64,000 nucleotides of DNA, from assembly GCA_036630325.1 (NCBI GenBank), contig CP142726.1, forward strand, positions 1,178,001 to 1,242,000, read 5' to 3'. Shown piece by piece: positions 1-14,500 of this stretch. Positions within the stretch are counted from its first letter, which is position 1. Each line of letters opens with the position of its first letter. The notes under the pieces are model-generated. The model made no database searches. It was not told the origin of the DNA and worked only from the letters and a program-made list of their open reading frames with translations. A program made the position numbers and the translations under genes. The DNA is from Vairimorpha necatrix. Lineage: Eukaryota.

Positions 1-1
1 A

Positions 2-181
2 TCAATTGGTGAATCTTTGTCTTCATCTACAAATACTAGTCCATTTATCGTCATTGATATGTTCTTATTTCTAGTAGTTATTTTCTTAGTATATATAATC
101 TACAAAAAATACTATAAGAAAAAAATAAATTTGCTAAGAAACTCTACGAATGTGCCATCCACGAACGAAGAATCCGTATAA
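2..181 (+). CDS. 3' end of a probable single-pass membrane protein (partial; starts before the window)
   Basis: Frame 2 is open from the window edge: SIGESLSSSTNTSP-FIVIDMFLFLVVIFLVYIIY-KKYYKKK...EESV*. This is a Ser/Thr stalk, a hydrophobic helix and a basic stop-transfer cluster. Confidence 0.65.
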   Translation, partial: SIGESLSSSTNTSPFIVIDMFLFLVVIFLVYIIYKKYYKKKINLLRNSTNVPSTNEESV

Positions 182-3100
182 AATTGGGTTAATTTACATG
201 TAATAACATATAAAAAATTTCTATTGTAAAAAACAAGGATTTCATTTTTTTTAAAAAACACATTTGTAGCTTATACCTAAAACAAACTCATTTAAATCTA
301 TATAAATAAGCATTTGTAACTCAATTTACAGAGACTAATACACAACAATGTTTAATAAAAAAACCAAGCGAAAATAAAACATAGAAGTAAGAACTTAAGT
401 GAGGCATTAACATACAATAAACGTATGTTAAATCTGTATAAATAAGAACGGACGACTTAAAAAACAATGAGACATTTGATTTCATAAAAACTTAAAGAAG
501 TTGTAAATAGACAAGGAGGTTTTGTTTTTTTGATGTATACAGTGTGTTGCGTCAAAAATACCATAAGCTCAGCGACCCGAGGATTGTAATTAGTTTAATG
601 CATGTTTTTGACCAAAACAATTTTATAAGCAACACGAGACAGATAAAACCCAAATAATTTTTTAGTGGATTGTAGAGCTTTAAACAACTTGTAAATACGG
701 AAAACAAATCTGTCATTAAATATGAGAGCAATCAAAGAAGAAAAAAAAAGTAAATGGCGTAAACGCCGAAGAATATAGAGAACCGACGTTTCCTGGGGAC
801 AAAATGTAATATAAGAGAAAATCAATAAAAACAAAATGACCTTTTTACCATAATAGTACGGCTTAATTTTTTATTTGTGAATAGTAATATTTTGTTAGAT
901 TGGGAACTTTTTAAGACAAATAAAAATACATTTATTAAATATTTTTACCATATCATAGATTAATCAAAAATTTTGAAATTTTACAAAATTTAAAAAAATT
1001 AAAAAAATAAAAGTATAATACGTATCTTACATTGGGTAAAAAAATGAGTATTGTTGTAAACTTTCTAATTCCATTTCTATAAAAAATTACTTTATAGAGT
1101 ATGGTAGATTTTTGATGAGGTTTCACCAAAATACTTTTTTTCAAAAAAAAAAATATGAGTAATTATTCATAATAAGTTTATCGTATGTGTTCTGTCAATA
1201 CACTTGAAGCTCTAAATTTTTTTCATAGTTATTGTAGATAAATACTTAAACAAATTTTCGGTTTTTTCAGGTTTTCGTGATAAAACATAGATATAATTGT
1301 TTTAAATACATTTAAAATCGAGTTTTTTCATATATCAGTTTTAAAAAATCAATGATGTGAGTAGTTCTTACAAATATAGTACAACTGCCTTAATAAATAT
1401 TTTGGCAGTTGGTTTTTAATCTGATTTAGTAGTTGAAAGTATTGTCCCGTTTTTAATCGGATTTAAACAAGTGTAAAATTATCTCTTTCGAGCATATTGT
1501 TTTTATATCATATACCTTGCCAAGTACGGTTGGATTTTTATATGGAATATCATTTTACACTACAAATACAAAAAAAAAGTATTATAAAAATGGTCTATTT
1601 TTTCGCATAATATATTTTGAATATGTCAATAATATTCTGAAGGTATTTCATGCTCTTAAATTTTTTCTTTCTTAAAAAATTTCATACATGAACATATATA
1701 TGTTATTTAGATCGTAATTGATGTTATTTGTATAGAAAACAATTATTTACTAAATTACGATCTTTTACAGGATTTTTACTTTTGTAAATTTCATTGTTTT
1801 TTTTCGTAGTATCTTTTTATAAAATTTGACTATAAATGTCGAGAAACAACAAAAAGTCCGTTACACCAAATCACGAGTAATCGGAAAAGACTTTTTTAAT
1901 AGGCTAACCACTATCATTTTAAAAATTCTATTATGGAGGGTCTCTACACAAAGACCATATTAGCCACAAATAAAAAACAAAGCAGATTTAGGATAAAATA
2001 CTAGAAATGATATGATTCGGGCCGTTGCAACACTAATGTTTAAGGCAGAGATTTTAATTATCAAAATATCAAGATTCTAACAATGATATCATATTAAAAG
2101 ACAATGCAATCGTTTACAACTAAATATGATAATAATTATTCTATCTTTATAATAAGCAAAAAACATGAGAACCTAGGACAACGAGTAAAAATAACAAAAG
2201 CACCATTACAAAGTAATTTGGTTGACAAGATAAGTCAAAGTCATTTATTCAACTTATATCTTTGTATTTTAAATTTAAAACATAATATTTTATGTATACC
2301 GACATTAATGGCCATGACAAGGTATTATAGATATAACCCGTACCAATCGTAGAGACAAAGTAGGTTCCACCAAATCAAGGCGTTCCTTGATTCATGTGTG
2401 TAATATAAAAGCTGCTTTGGCCGCTTATGAATAAAGAGAACATATATTACTTTCTATTTTTACAAATTCGAACAAAATTTTCAGATTATCCCAAAATAAT
2501 TCTCAAAAAATATTAATAATGTATAATGCTAGATTTTACCAATAAAAAGTAGTTTTATTATTTTATAGATAGGTAGTAATTGCTCCACATGTTAAAAAGT
2601 GTATTCGCCTTAATTCAATAGGGAATTATATCCCTACGATGAAAGCAAGATACTCTTATGCGTAATTCTAGTATTCCATGTAAAATGATTTTGTGCGGAA
2701 ATTGAAAATGACTTACTACGCAATGTGAAGGACTTTATGAACATATGGCAGATTTGATCAACTTACATTGTAAAACCCCATCTTTATGCATCATTTTTTT
2801 TAAATTAATAATTATCTAAAGTACTATCAACCTGAACAACTTATTTTTTACAAATTGAAAGAATTCAAAAATTTTAACTACAAAATATTGAAATTAAACA
2901 ACCGAATAAAAAAAAACGCCAATAACGGATTTAAAAACTACAACTCCGTAATTAATAAATCTGTTTTTTATACTTTTTTATAATGATATTAAAATTTAAC
3001 TTTTATTAAAATAAAAGTGCAAATATAAAGTTCATATGCAGATATTGTTGCCAATATTATAAACCCTTTTTGGTAGTTGTATGGTCTTATAACTAAGCTC

Positions 3101-4426
3101 TTTTGTTGTATCTGCATTGAATTTTTACAATAAATATTTTTTTAGTTTTTTCAAGATCTTTATCAATATAATCACTAGTTAGAAAATTTTTTTATAATGA
3201 AGTGATGTCTTCAACTTTTATATTATAAAGTCAAATAAATATTATATATAGTGTCCATACGCGATTTGATTTATATGTCTAATTGTATATTTATCATAAT
3301 GAATATTTTATTTATAAATATGTATTTCTTATCATGATTAGATAATTTATCATTCAAATTTTAGATTTGTAAAAATTGGAACTTTTGCGATTTTACATAC
3401 ATATCGTTTATTCGAATCATTAGTTCACAAAAATACAATACGAGGTTAATTTTCTATATTTATTTGTTAACTAAAGATATTATTAGTTGTATGAACGATC
3501 GAATCATTTGTTAAACATACTACCTTTTGTACTGCCATTTGTTAATCTATAGGTTTTAGACATATAAAACATGCATTAAAAAGTATTTTGAGCTGCAAAA
3601 ATTTTAGCATCATTGAATTTTATTGTTATTAAAATTTAGAATGATAAAATAAAAATTCTTCGCTGTTGCATTTATAAATTGAGTAAAGTCATTATATTGA
3701 ACATGAATACTTTTGGCAAAGTTTAAAGATATATGTATGAACCATGATGTCAAGTTGGCTATGTAATATAATTAAAAAAAGGTTTCTTAAATATAGTGTA
3801 AAAACAAAAAGTCACATAATAAAACATACTTAATTTTTTTGATTATATCAACGTCGCATGTTCACAACCCGGTCCGCAGTATACATCAAAATAATATTAG
3901 TAGATAAATATGGAAAGATTATTATTAGATGCACGAAGAAAATGCTAGACATATGATCTGAAAAAAAGTAAAGGGAAGTAACTATAAGACAATTTATAAA
4001 AATCCGCAAGAAATGCAATAAAGCCGAACAAAAAAGTATAATTTAATGCTTAGATGTTTTTTGAGCATTATCTAAACAATAAATTCTTACCAACGCTGTA
4101 TTGTTTTTCGAAAGAAACATTATTCTTTATCTTTACAAGCATCTATCATTTAAAACACTACACCAAACAATAGAGAGGTCTTTTTCAGATCAATTATATA
4201 CAAACACTGAAAATAGATGGTTGTATATAATTTTCTTGTGTACATAGAGAGTGTCATTGATTATGTACAGGCGAATATTATTAAGTTTTTTCTAATAGTC
4301 CGAATGTTTACTTATTATAAGCATTTTAACATAATTTTGAGCATTAACTTTTTTTAAAAAATTTAACACTATCAACCCGTTTTTAGTCACGAAATAATTA
4401 AAAGTATAAAAAGATAAAACTTTGGT

Positions 4427-5065
4427 CTAACTACAACCGGACATTAATTGGGCAAGTGGATTGGGGGTTGATTTAACAAATTATTTTGTGTATATTCTGA
4501 ACCCATTTGACTCATTGATACTATCTAAAAAGTATGTATCTCATGCCTATCTTATATTTCCTCATTAATTTGTTGAATGTTATCATCTATAAAAACTTTT
4601 GTGACTCAAATTTATATTTTTTTACTTGTTTAAATATTAACGTACCAAGATAAATTATATTCAATCGACTTAAATCAATTTTATTCGCATTGTAATTAAA
4701 ACATATCGGGGTCTTTTATAGTTTTTTAATTTGATGCAGAATATATCTTGTTAATATAGATGCTGCTGGTTTGTCTTTATATATACCATTCAATGAAATG
4801 TCGACTTCGTTATCGATTAAACCGAAAATAAAATCAAAGTCCTTTCTTACAATTTCAAATGGCTTTTGTCTCAAATATGCTGGCCAATACGGTATACTTC
4901 TTATAGGGAAATCTTTCTATCTAGTACAACCTGAAAAAATATCTTTAAAATAATCCTATGCCTGTCCGAGAAATAAAATCTTAATGCATGGTTTGATATT
5001 TTCTCAGAGCACTTCACTACATTTTTTATATTCAGCCAATCTCTGACCAACATAAACATTAGCTA
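4427..5065 (-). pseudogene. Pseudogene paralog of the secreted protein at 6375-7100
   Basis: Minus-strand translation gives QRLAEYKKCSEVL*, FPIRSIPYWPAYLRQKPFEIVRKDF, IYKDKPAA and KKL*KTPICFNYNANKI. These match QRMNEYKKCSEVLL, FPIESKPYWPKRFRNKQYEIVREDF, IFKDKPAA and VKLYKPLICYNYNANKI in the neighbour. In-frame stops are present. Confidence 0.9.
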
Positions 5066-5069
5066 CATA

Positions 5070-6240
5070 AAAAATCGTATAGGATTTTTAGCCTTTATTT
5101 AAAAAATAAAGGAAAGAAAATGATGAGGAAGGAACAAAAATAAAAAGTAGAAAAATATTTTATAGAGCTTCAAATACTGAAAATATGGAGTTTCTTTGGA
5201 TCATATATCTAAATAAATAGAGTAGCGCAATTAGACGATCTGTTTCTTTTTAGTATGGATTTTTTTAGAGATCTCCAATTACGTTCTATGGTATTGTTTG
5301 TATTCCTGCATCCGGATCTCTAAACTGTAATGTATGATTAACCATATGATGTTGGCTAAATATTGTATTCAATGAATGCTACGCTCTCCGCATATCGCTA
5401 TATATTATAATGTTTATACTTACATGTTTTAGTAGAAATTCAGTAAGTGTTCTTTTATATCTTTTCTTAATAAAAACTACTATAATTTTACGTTGAAAAG
5501 TACGTCTAACCATTCCAAAACACCGTCATCCTTTTACTAATTCCTTATTATTTTTCTTCTCATGATCTTAGTCTCATCACTTTTTACTATAATATTATCG
5601 CCTCCAATATTCTCTATACTAGATAAATACTTTCCATAAATACTCATTTCTTTTGACTTTTTTAGTACGTTAGTTAGAGAAACTTTAGTACAACCTTAAA
5701 CTTGAGAAATAGACCTACGGGCATAACCTAGAATTTAAATTTTTAGTCTTAGTAATATTTTAACGTAATTAAGCCTAGAATCCTGATAAAAGGTTTCATT
5801 TCAAATTATAATAGTGTTTTTACATGAGTTCCATGGCCAGCTTATAAAACTTCTTTATTTCCTTCTTTGTTTTATTTTTGCATTACATACGCTACATTTT
5901 TCATTTTGTTTTATATTATTAGATCATTATATATGATAGCCAAATTTTCTCTTGATCAATTTCTTTCCTCTATTTTTTTAATAAAAAGGCAAAAAAGACC
6001 TATATCAATTCCATGTAGCTAGCTTTTGCTTTTGGAAGTTTTTTAACTAAATCTTTTTTTGTATTCAATAAATCCTCTACTATGCAATAATATCGCTTAC
6101 TTTGCAATTACGTTGAAAATTGTACTTTAGGAATATCCTTAGGCATTATGGTATGGATTTCGATTTATGCGATAAAGTTTGAAAAGTTTAACAGAGAATG
6201 TGTTACATATTTGATGGTATTGGTTTCTCTGATATCCCAG
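5070..6240 (-). mobile_element. Decayed Merlin (IS1595/ISXO2-like DDE) transposon; ends approximate
   Basis: Broken motifs IGGDNIIVKSDETKI, IIYSDMRRA and HHMVNHTLQFRDPDAG resemble ISXO2-like IGG..VEIDESK, SD.WRAY and H.TVNH...F.DP.TG. Confidence 0.8.
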
Positions 6241-6374
6241 GTTAGTGTGTATAACGGTTTTTTTTAATATTTTCTACAATTATAATAGCATTAATAAATA
6301 ATTTAACAAAAAAGATAACATTTATCGCACTATATTTATAAGTAGTGACAATATAAATTTTACACAAACAAACT

Positions 6375-7100
6375 TTATTGCAAATAACCCCCAATCATAG
6401 CCTGGGTAATAAAATTTGGATAACCTTTTGACTTAATTTTATGTACATTATCTTTTATCATATTTGAGGTCTTTGTAGTTTGTTGAATTAGCACTATCTC
6501 ATTACTTTCTTCGACTATCTTCATAATCAACTCATAGTCATTATCTCTAAATACTTGAATTATGTTAAATTTATATTTTTCATCTGTTTTTATATCTAAA
6601 AACATAGATATAATTATTTTTAATTTTTGTAGATTAATTTTGTTCGCATTGTAATTATAACATATCAATGGTTTATATAGTTTGACAACGTGTTGTGCAA
6701 GTGAATACAAAAGTCTTCGTGCTGCTGGTTTATCTTTAAAGATACTTAATGTTATGGCATTAGTACCATTTTTAATCCAATGAAACATAGGTTCAAAATC
6801 CTCTCTTACAATCTCATATTGCTTGTTTCTAAAGCGTTTTGGCCAGTAAGGTTTACTTTCTATGGGAAACTTAATATTATCTAGCACAGATTCAAATAGT
6901 ATCTTTAAGATTGGTTTTTCTCTGTCTGTAAAATAATTATCATAATATATGGGGTTACGATCTTCCAAAAGCACTTCGCTACATTTTTTATATTCGTTCA
7001 TTCTTTGGTTTTTTTCTTCAACTGAAACTTTAGGACTTGTTTCTTCAGTAGATTTTATTTTTTGTACGTTTAAAATAAACAGTAACGATACTAAAAACAT
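6375..7100 (-). CDS. Hypothetical secreted protein, 241 aa, lineage-specific family
   Basis: Intact ORF with a hydrophobic N-terminus (MFLVSLLFILNV), CCCTTAAAA before the ATG, and an adjacent paralog. Confidence 0.85.
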   Translation of the reverse strand: MFLVSLLFILNVQKIKSTEETSPKVSVEEKNQRMNEYKKCSEVLLEDRNPIYYDNYFTDREKPILKILFESVLDNIKFPIESKPYWPKRFRNKQYEIVREDFEPMFHWIKNGTNAITLSIFKDKPAARRLLYSLAQHVVKLYKPLICYNYNANKINLQKLKIIISMFLDIKTDEKYKFNIIQVFRDNDYELIMKIVEESNEIVLIQQTTKTSNMIKDNVHKIKSKGYPNFITQAMIGGYLQ

Positions 7101-9061
7101 TTTTAAGGGATATATAACTTTTTAATTTATAGAAAAAAATGTAAATTTAACCAATTGAATATTTTTACTAAATGGGAGTACTGTTCTTATTGCATTTGTT
7201 CAAATAAGATTCTAGTTTTTTATTATTTTTTTGTCTATTAATTAAAGCTGTCGTAATAATTTAATTCTTATTTTTACATTCTCAATGTAGTTTTTTGATC
7301 ATAATGTTTTGATGCAATGTATTACATTTCTAGATAATTTTGTCTTTTCTAAATTGCTTAGTTATGAAATTATTACATTACAAAATTTCATATAAAGAGA
7401 CTTTTATTTTGATTTTGTTTTTGACTTTAAATTAAAGACGTGTAAACTATTTGATCAAAATTTAATATTTCTTAAAAAGTCTTAACATGATTACTTCTCG
7501 GATTATATACATATGATGTATTTTATTGATTTTTTAGTTATGAGGTATTATTAAATTCTTTTAGTTATATGACACATTTTCACTTCCATTGTATTTACTA
7601 AACATTAAAATAATTATAAACATAATATCATACTAGTTTTTTACTTATTCAAAATAAAATCATAGTAAGATAATAATTTTGTAAGAATTTTCAGTATGAA
7701 AAAACAATAAAAGATGCTCAATATGAAATTTCCAAAGACCTTTTTTGCTACATAAGATACGATAACAAACATAAAAATTTAAAAATTGACTTTATTCTTA
7801 TAAAGTGCTACTCAAATTCAAATATTGCAACATAAAGGCAGCCAATGGTATGTAAAAACATAAAAATTGTATGATTTCCAGCACAAAATACCTACATCTT
7901 GTTAAAAACAGAACTTATGAAAAAATAATGTGGTTTTGTGACTACTATGTTTGAATTTTAGCGCCATATAGTTTTATAAGGCCTTACACAATGCATTTTT
8001 AGTAGAGTCACGAGCTAACTTAATAAATTAACGAAGTATAGATGAATGTTGGTAGATTCTATCCTAGAGGGTGTTACTTTTATTTAACAAAACTTTTAGA
8101 GACATGTGGTAATGCGCTCTAAATTTCAGGATTATTGATATTGCAATCAAAAGGCAGTAAACGAGGTAAATGGTGGTATAGAACTTTTGTATTTATGCAC
8201 GAATTTAACAAAAATTCCAATAATTTAATCTGATTTCAAATGTCTTGCGCGCGGTTAGGTACAAATAATAATCGATTCGCCGAAGTCAACTTTATCGTAC
8301 ATGACAAGATTTTTTTACACATGAAAATATAATGCGCTGTCGACATAGAATCTCGTCGTATCAGATATGTTAGTATCGTATTGTTGATTTTATGTGAATG
8401 TTTTCGCCCTCTTGCCTGTAAAAAAAACCTTTAATGTTGGAAATTTCCGAAAAAAAATATATGAAAGATGATTAAAAAAAGTTATGATCGTATTTTTTTC
8501 ACTTATATTTTTTGTAAAATTTTTTTTTAAAACAAGTTTTAATCTATGATATCGTAATTTTTGTTTGTTCAACAATAAAAAAAAATAGTATCTTAAGAAA
8601 TCGGAAAAGGAATCTGTTGTAATATTCCCATTATTAAATTTTTAAAATTTTGTAAATCAATATAATTTGAGGTTTTGAATATTAGAAAAGTATCCAAAGC
8701 AGGCAATACCACATAACCAGCCCAAATTAATGAAATGTAAATAAACAACATTCTTTTAGTAAAGCTTAACCATTAAGGTGAATACCACTTTTTTGCTACT
8801 AAGGGCATATTTCACACTGTTCCGTAATATTTTCCTGTAAAGTTTTAAGCACAAATGCAATAGAATTTTCTATCTTAAGTTCCAAAAAGCCAAATTACAG
8901 GATTATACGTGTAATTTTTTTCGGCAAACTTTTTTCGTATTAGTTTACATGATAAACTTCGTTTTACTTAAAAAAAGATCCAGAAAAATGAATTTTTTAA
9001 AAAAACAATAAAAAAGTTCATTTGGTATTTTATAGTAAAAAAACGTTTCAGAAATTTATTT

Positions 9062-9328
9062 TTATTCAATATCACTTAAATCAAACATGGTGTTTTTTCT
9101 TTTAAATCTTATTTCTGTCGTAGATGTCAATTCTTCTAGTTTGTTTACAATGATCAGATACTCGTTATATGACAATCTTCTACGTTCAGTGTTGAAATAT
9201 TGTAATATCATATCTTGTAGTTTTGTGTATTTTTCTTTATTTAGATGTTTTAAATTACTTAGAGACGAGAAACTTTTATCATCTAAGATTTGTCTAATAA
9301 TTTCTTCGTTTTTATCTTCAGTTGGCAT
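9062..9328 (-). CDS. Small hypothetical protein, 88 aa (MPTEDKNEEII...)
   Basis: The first ATG is at 9328, directly after GCCC. Composition is helical and charged, and AATAAA overlaps the stop. Confidence 0.65.
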   Translation of the reverse strand: MPTEDKNEEIIRQILDDKSFSSLSNLKHLNKEKYTKLQDMILQYFNTERRRLSYNEYLIIVNKLEELTSTTEIRFKRKNTMFDLSDIE

Positions 9329-10439
9329 GGGCAAAAAATTTTATGATATAAAAACAGTATTACTTTTAATTACAGAAAATTAGAAAAAAAATCCTATGTT
9401 TTAGTAAGCAATCTGTGACTTAATACAATGATATGACGTAATTACAGTTTGTAAATGAAAAAATATTGTATATAATGTAGGAACAATATTTAATGGGTTG
9501 GGGGTAATCGTATATAAATTGTTAGCTTAATGAATATTCAACAAAGTCAAAATGCAAATAAAACACATTTATTTGAATTAATTTGGTACGTGTCAAACAT
9601 GTCAAGGTAGAATTGATTGTCATCTACATCAAGCCCCGAGTGATACCAAATTGGGGCTGATCTCCGCAATTTTAAAGTGTTAAAATTAAAAATAATCATA
9701 TTATTAACACGCTCTTTATATTTATAAATATCTTAGAGCGTACATAAAACCTTCTATACTGATACACTAATCTTTTGTTGGACAAAGACGAGTTTACAAG
9801 GTAAAATTTTAAATAAGTGTTACTAAATTTCCCTGTTTGTTAGAAACCTAGAAGATAAAATGTTGAGTAGAAAAAAAATATTAAATTTAGAAATATATGA
9901 ACCGCTCAACCAGTAGAAATTCCTTTTAACACATATCTTCCAAATGCGAGGTTGAGCCATTGAAAGGACTTTTTTTGATATAAAACGCCAAATACATTCT
10001 CTGAAATTGTATTTGCCCTTGTATGTATGTCTCTGTAGTTTAGTTGGTGGTCAAAAGATGATAGACTCCTCACATATCGCTGTATAATATTGTTCTTTAC
10101 ATGTATGGGTTGTTGGAAATACACTCAAGTAATTTATTTATCTTTGTATAGCATATAATTCTACAGTTTATTTTGTGTCGGAGTGACAAAATATTTAGAA
10201 GCCTCTTTGCTTACCTCCATATTATTGTTAAATCTTCGTTCAGAAAGTTCCTTAAAAATATATTTAATTTTCAAATGTTTTTTGTATAAAATATCTATTG
10301 AGGGCCTGATTTCTTAGCAATCATTGACGTAATTTTCAAGAACATGAGACACATCGATAAAAGGTCTATTTTTTTTGCCTCAAAATTGGGCTTATAAAAA
10401 ATCAAAAAAAGATAAGAATGTTGTATCATTAAAAACTTA

Positions 10440-10870
10440 ATAGAGCGCGCATCATCTTCGCCGTAAAATTCTTTTGAAAACTTAGATATCCCACTTTCTC
10501 AAACCCCCTTTCTAGACATAATATATATTTAAGATGTGACCAAATTCGTAGTCTCGCCTAATACGTTTTTAAAATTTTAAACTTAGACTACAACGCGATA
10601 TCACCGTTAATAGATCAGATTGTTTTGAGATAAGATTTATGCCCATCACTTATACAAGTCGTTTCGGTTTTTATATACTCCACAGGACCGCGTTATTTGA
10701 AAATAGTACACCATTTTGATCCAAAATTTCTGTGGTTTTATATCTATTTTGTCTACTATACAAGTGCAGAAGTAGTTATGTCATAACTTCCTGTGATTAT
10801 TTGGAGATTATCCCTTTACAATAACCGCTTCGTCAGGTGTTCCACTTTAGTAATATCCACTACATATTTT
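10440..10870 (-). mobile_element. Decayed Merlin/ISXO2-like transposase fragment
   Basis: Minus-strand fragments DEAVIVKG, SDGHKSY and FKRILRRR lie in the order expected for the DDE domain. Heavily frameshifted. Confidence 0.5.
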
Positions 10871-11543
10871 TGGTGCTTGGTATGTCCTTTTTGTAGTTCA
10901 ATAATTATTTCCTTGGCCTTAACGACCCTGAAAGCTGAAATGCGGATTTTTTGTTTAGGTTCGCTGTAAACTGCTTTTCAGCAATGCATATAAAATAAAT
11001 ATTATATATGGCATGTAGGGAGTAGAAAAAGAAGTCTTATCAGTAACACTGATCGAATTTCCACTTGAACCTATAGCTATCATTGTACGAGTTTTTACCA
11101 TTTATATATAAATCGTACATCACATTGTTATTGTTATAATTTCTATTCACTAGCCAACATATTGTCTCATGTGGGTCTATAAAGTTTTTGCTTGTCAAGG
11201 CACCAAAGAAGTAAAGTATCCTTTGAAAATCCTCTAAAGAGCATAAAATATAATAAAATGCCAAATCTGTAAATTTTGACTTCTGGGCATATGATTTGTC
11301 AGACAATTCCAACTTCTTGGGAACGTTGCCACACGATTTAAGCTCAATAAGCTTACACACGTGGTAATCTGGTATTTGTATCATTACGATATAATAATTT
11401 AATTTGCAATATAAAAACTTCATTTACATTTTACTCAAATTGTCTTATCTCTCATTTTTTTATTTATGCAAATAATTTTTTATTTTTTTAAATATAATTT
11501 GTTTGTTTTTTAAATATAAAATACTTTGTTTGTTTCTACACAA

Positions 11544-14500
11544 CTATTTATTAAATTTAGATTCTAAAGAATCAATAATTTTCACTACCCATTCATTCTT
11601 TTTTAATTCCTCATAAAACATTTTAAGTCCTAAAGGCACACATTCACATTTATTATAAATCCAGACCAAAGTGATAATTTTATTAACAAGTATTTTCTCA
11701 TTTATAAAATTTCTCAGAATATTATTTGCATAAACACTTATTAAATTTTTCTCATTTAAATTGTCAATTATGCATAAAATAAATGTACTATTATTCATAA
11801 AATCTTTTAGTACAATTGTATTGCTTTGTAACATCCTTCTAATTTTAAAATATAAATTTTGATTTTCTAAATATTGAATATTATCTCTGTATCTATTAAA
11901 TATATTTCTTAAATGAATATATTTATAATTACAAATATAACTTAAATATATTCCATAAACTTTTAAGAAGTTTTTATTATCTTTTATATTCATGAATATT
12001 TTAGTACAAGGGTAAATAAATTTCTCATTTACATTTAAAACTTTTAAGATTTCTTCTGCCATGTTAAAATCGAATAATCTTTTTACAAATTTGTGCTGCA
12101 TAATTTCTAAATATCCAGTAGTGAAAAATGGGACACTTGAAGGTTTTAATAAATTTAAAAGATCGTAAATAATTTTCAAATTTTCTGATGACTCATCTAA
12201 AATATCTAGTAATTTTATTATAAATCTTGTATAAAATTTTATAAATAAATAATTCCTTCTATTGTATGCGTCTATAAAAACTTCTAATGTGTCTTTTATA
12301 TACAAACTTATTGTATTTTTTATTATTTGAGGGATTAAATCTACTTTTTGATAACAAAATAAAGTTGGAAGTTTATGATGCCTGACAAAATGTTCCCAAG
12401 AAGATTTAAAGGCTGATTTAATATTAAGATTTTGGGGTAAATTTCTAATCTTTTTATAATCTGTAAAAATTGAATATTTTTCTGATTTTATAAATTCTTC
12501 AAATTCCGACAAATTTGAATTTTCAAATAAAAACATGTACGAGCTTATTTTCTGAAAAAAGTCATAAATTTTAGAATTGTCACTAAAATTCGCCAGACTT
12601 TCTAAAGAGGCAATGAAGTCGTAAACTGTACAAATTTGAATATCTCCTGTAATTAAATTACTAATTAAATTTAGAATTTCTTCTAAATTTTCTTCATTTT
12701 TTATATTTCTTGCTAGTGCTTGATCAAATTCCACTAAATTTATTAATTGAAATTCTATAAATTTACTTATAAATTTTTCATTATATTTTCTTGTATCATT
12801 AGAATAAATTATCCAATTTTGTACTTCTTTTTGAGTTCTATTTGAGATATTAAAAATGTCTTTAAGTCTTATGAAAATCATATCTGAATTATTCCTCGTG
12901 TGGCTAGTTGTATCTTGTTCACCTCTTTTGGGGTGCTCAGTTTTTTGTAAATGACCATTTTTTATATCTTTGTGGCTACTATTTTTAATTAAATGCCCTA
13001 TTAAATATTTACATAATTTTGTACATTCTAAATCTTTATCTTCACTCTTCAAAATATATTTCTTAATTTTCTCAAAATCTTCTTCTTTATTATTTTTTAT
13101 TAAATTGTGCCATTCTTCACTTATAAAATCCATTGTGCCTGTTTTCCTTCTACTAATTTGTAAAAAATGAGATTTTAATTCTTGAAATTCTGAAGCTTCT
13201 ATTGGTTTTATATTAATTTTTTCTAAATGTGAATTATTTTCTAATATTTTTAAATTTATAAAATTCCCTGTTCCTTCATTTATTTCTGTATTTTTAAAAT
13301 ATTCATTTACACAATCTGAGATTTTTGAAGTTGCTGCTCTTTGGATTAAATTTATACAAATTTCTTGATTGTCATTTACAATTTTATGAATTTCTTCAGG
13401 GTTAATTTCTAAATTTACAAGTTTTAAGAAATAACTTATATTTCCAGACATACAAGCTCTGATTGGTTCTTGGGCCGAGACGAAACATAAAGATTTAGTG
13501 AGATTTACTAGTAAATTTCTAAATAAGACGAATTCTTTACCTTTTTCTATTTTTATAGATTTAAATAATTTCATTCCTGTTTTTATTGAAATTTCGCATG
13601 CTTTGTCGATTATTGCTTCTGCTATTTCTCTAATACTAAAATCTAAAGCCAAAAAGACGGCATGTTTAAATATTTCCAAATCTTCTTTATTATTGTAAAT
13701 ATTAGTAATGTCTTTTGTATTATTTAATTGTATTTTATATTCTAATAAATATTCTCTACTTCTAAATTTAAAAAATTCTACTTCTTTGGGTTTAATTTCT
13801 ATCTCAAAATATTTAAAAAGTTCTTCTATTTCTTTTCTTATTTCTTTTAATGTACAAGTCTGTAAATTTCCCAATAAATTTAAAATTGACATTAACCACG
13901 GATTTTTAGGTATAAAAATCTTGCCTTTTTTACCTTCTTTTAAAAAAGAACTTATAAAAAATATACCCAATTTGATTCTTCTTCCTTCTACAGATTTTAT
14001 TAAAAATTTCTTAAAATCAAATTTGTCTAAAATTATTATTCTGTTTTTTGCTAGTGTCAAATTTCCCACTAATTTTCCCAATTTTTTTATAAATTCAGTT
14101 TCTTTTTCTATTGTCAAATTTAGTAAAGAATTTACAATTTGTAAACTTGAAATTAATAAATTTGCACTAATTTTCTGGTTTAAATTATTTAGAAATTTGA
14201 AAATCAAAGGTGTTTCTTCTTTGTACAAATTAAAGAATATTCCAAAAATTAGATCATTTAAATTTGCAGAATTTAAATTCTCACTTGATATTTTCTGCTC
14301 AATATTTATAAACTCATTTGTTATATTAATCTTTAGAGATGTTTCTATTAATTCATTAAATGTTATTCTTGAGTAAAATGTCTCATCTACTAAAATCAAA
14401 TCTTTTTTCAATAAATTTTTCTTTACATTTTCAATATTCTCGATTTCTTCTAAAAATTTCGGCATCGTCCTTATAAATTTCTCAAGACATTTAAAAGCGA

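Noticed and set aside
1350-1424. Possible C/D snoRNA (atgatgt...ctga with an internal hairpin)
   Set aside because: The C box is imperfect, I identified no guide target, and such motifs are expected by chance in AT-rich DNA.
1880-4250. Coding-like relics (also ~8.0-8.4, 16.3-16.7, 18.0-18.9 and 22.1-22.7 kb)
   Set aside because: Probably old TE or gene debris, but I could not assign any motif with confidence.
9633-9660. agcccc...ggggct hairpin
   Set aside because: It is a short isolated stem with no recognisable RNA family or element terminus.
11040-11423. 127-aa ORF downstream of NOT1
   Set aside because: No CCC motif and no recognisable domain; probably decayed sequence.
13708-14376. Long antisense ORFs (also 25545, 27619, 31061, 50070 and others)
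   Set aside because: They are shadows of real genes on the opposite strand, with non-ATG starts or F/L/S/I-biased composition.
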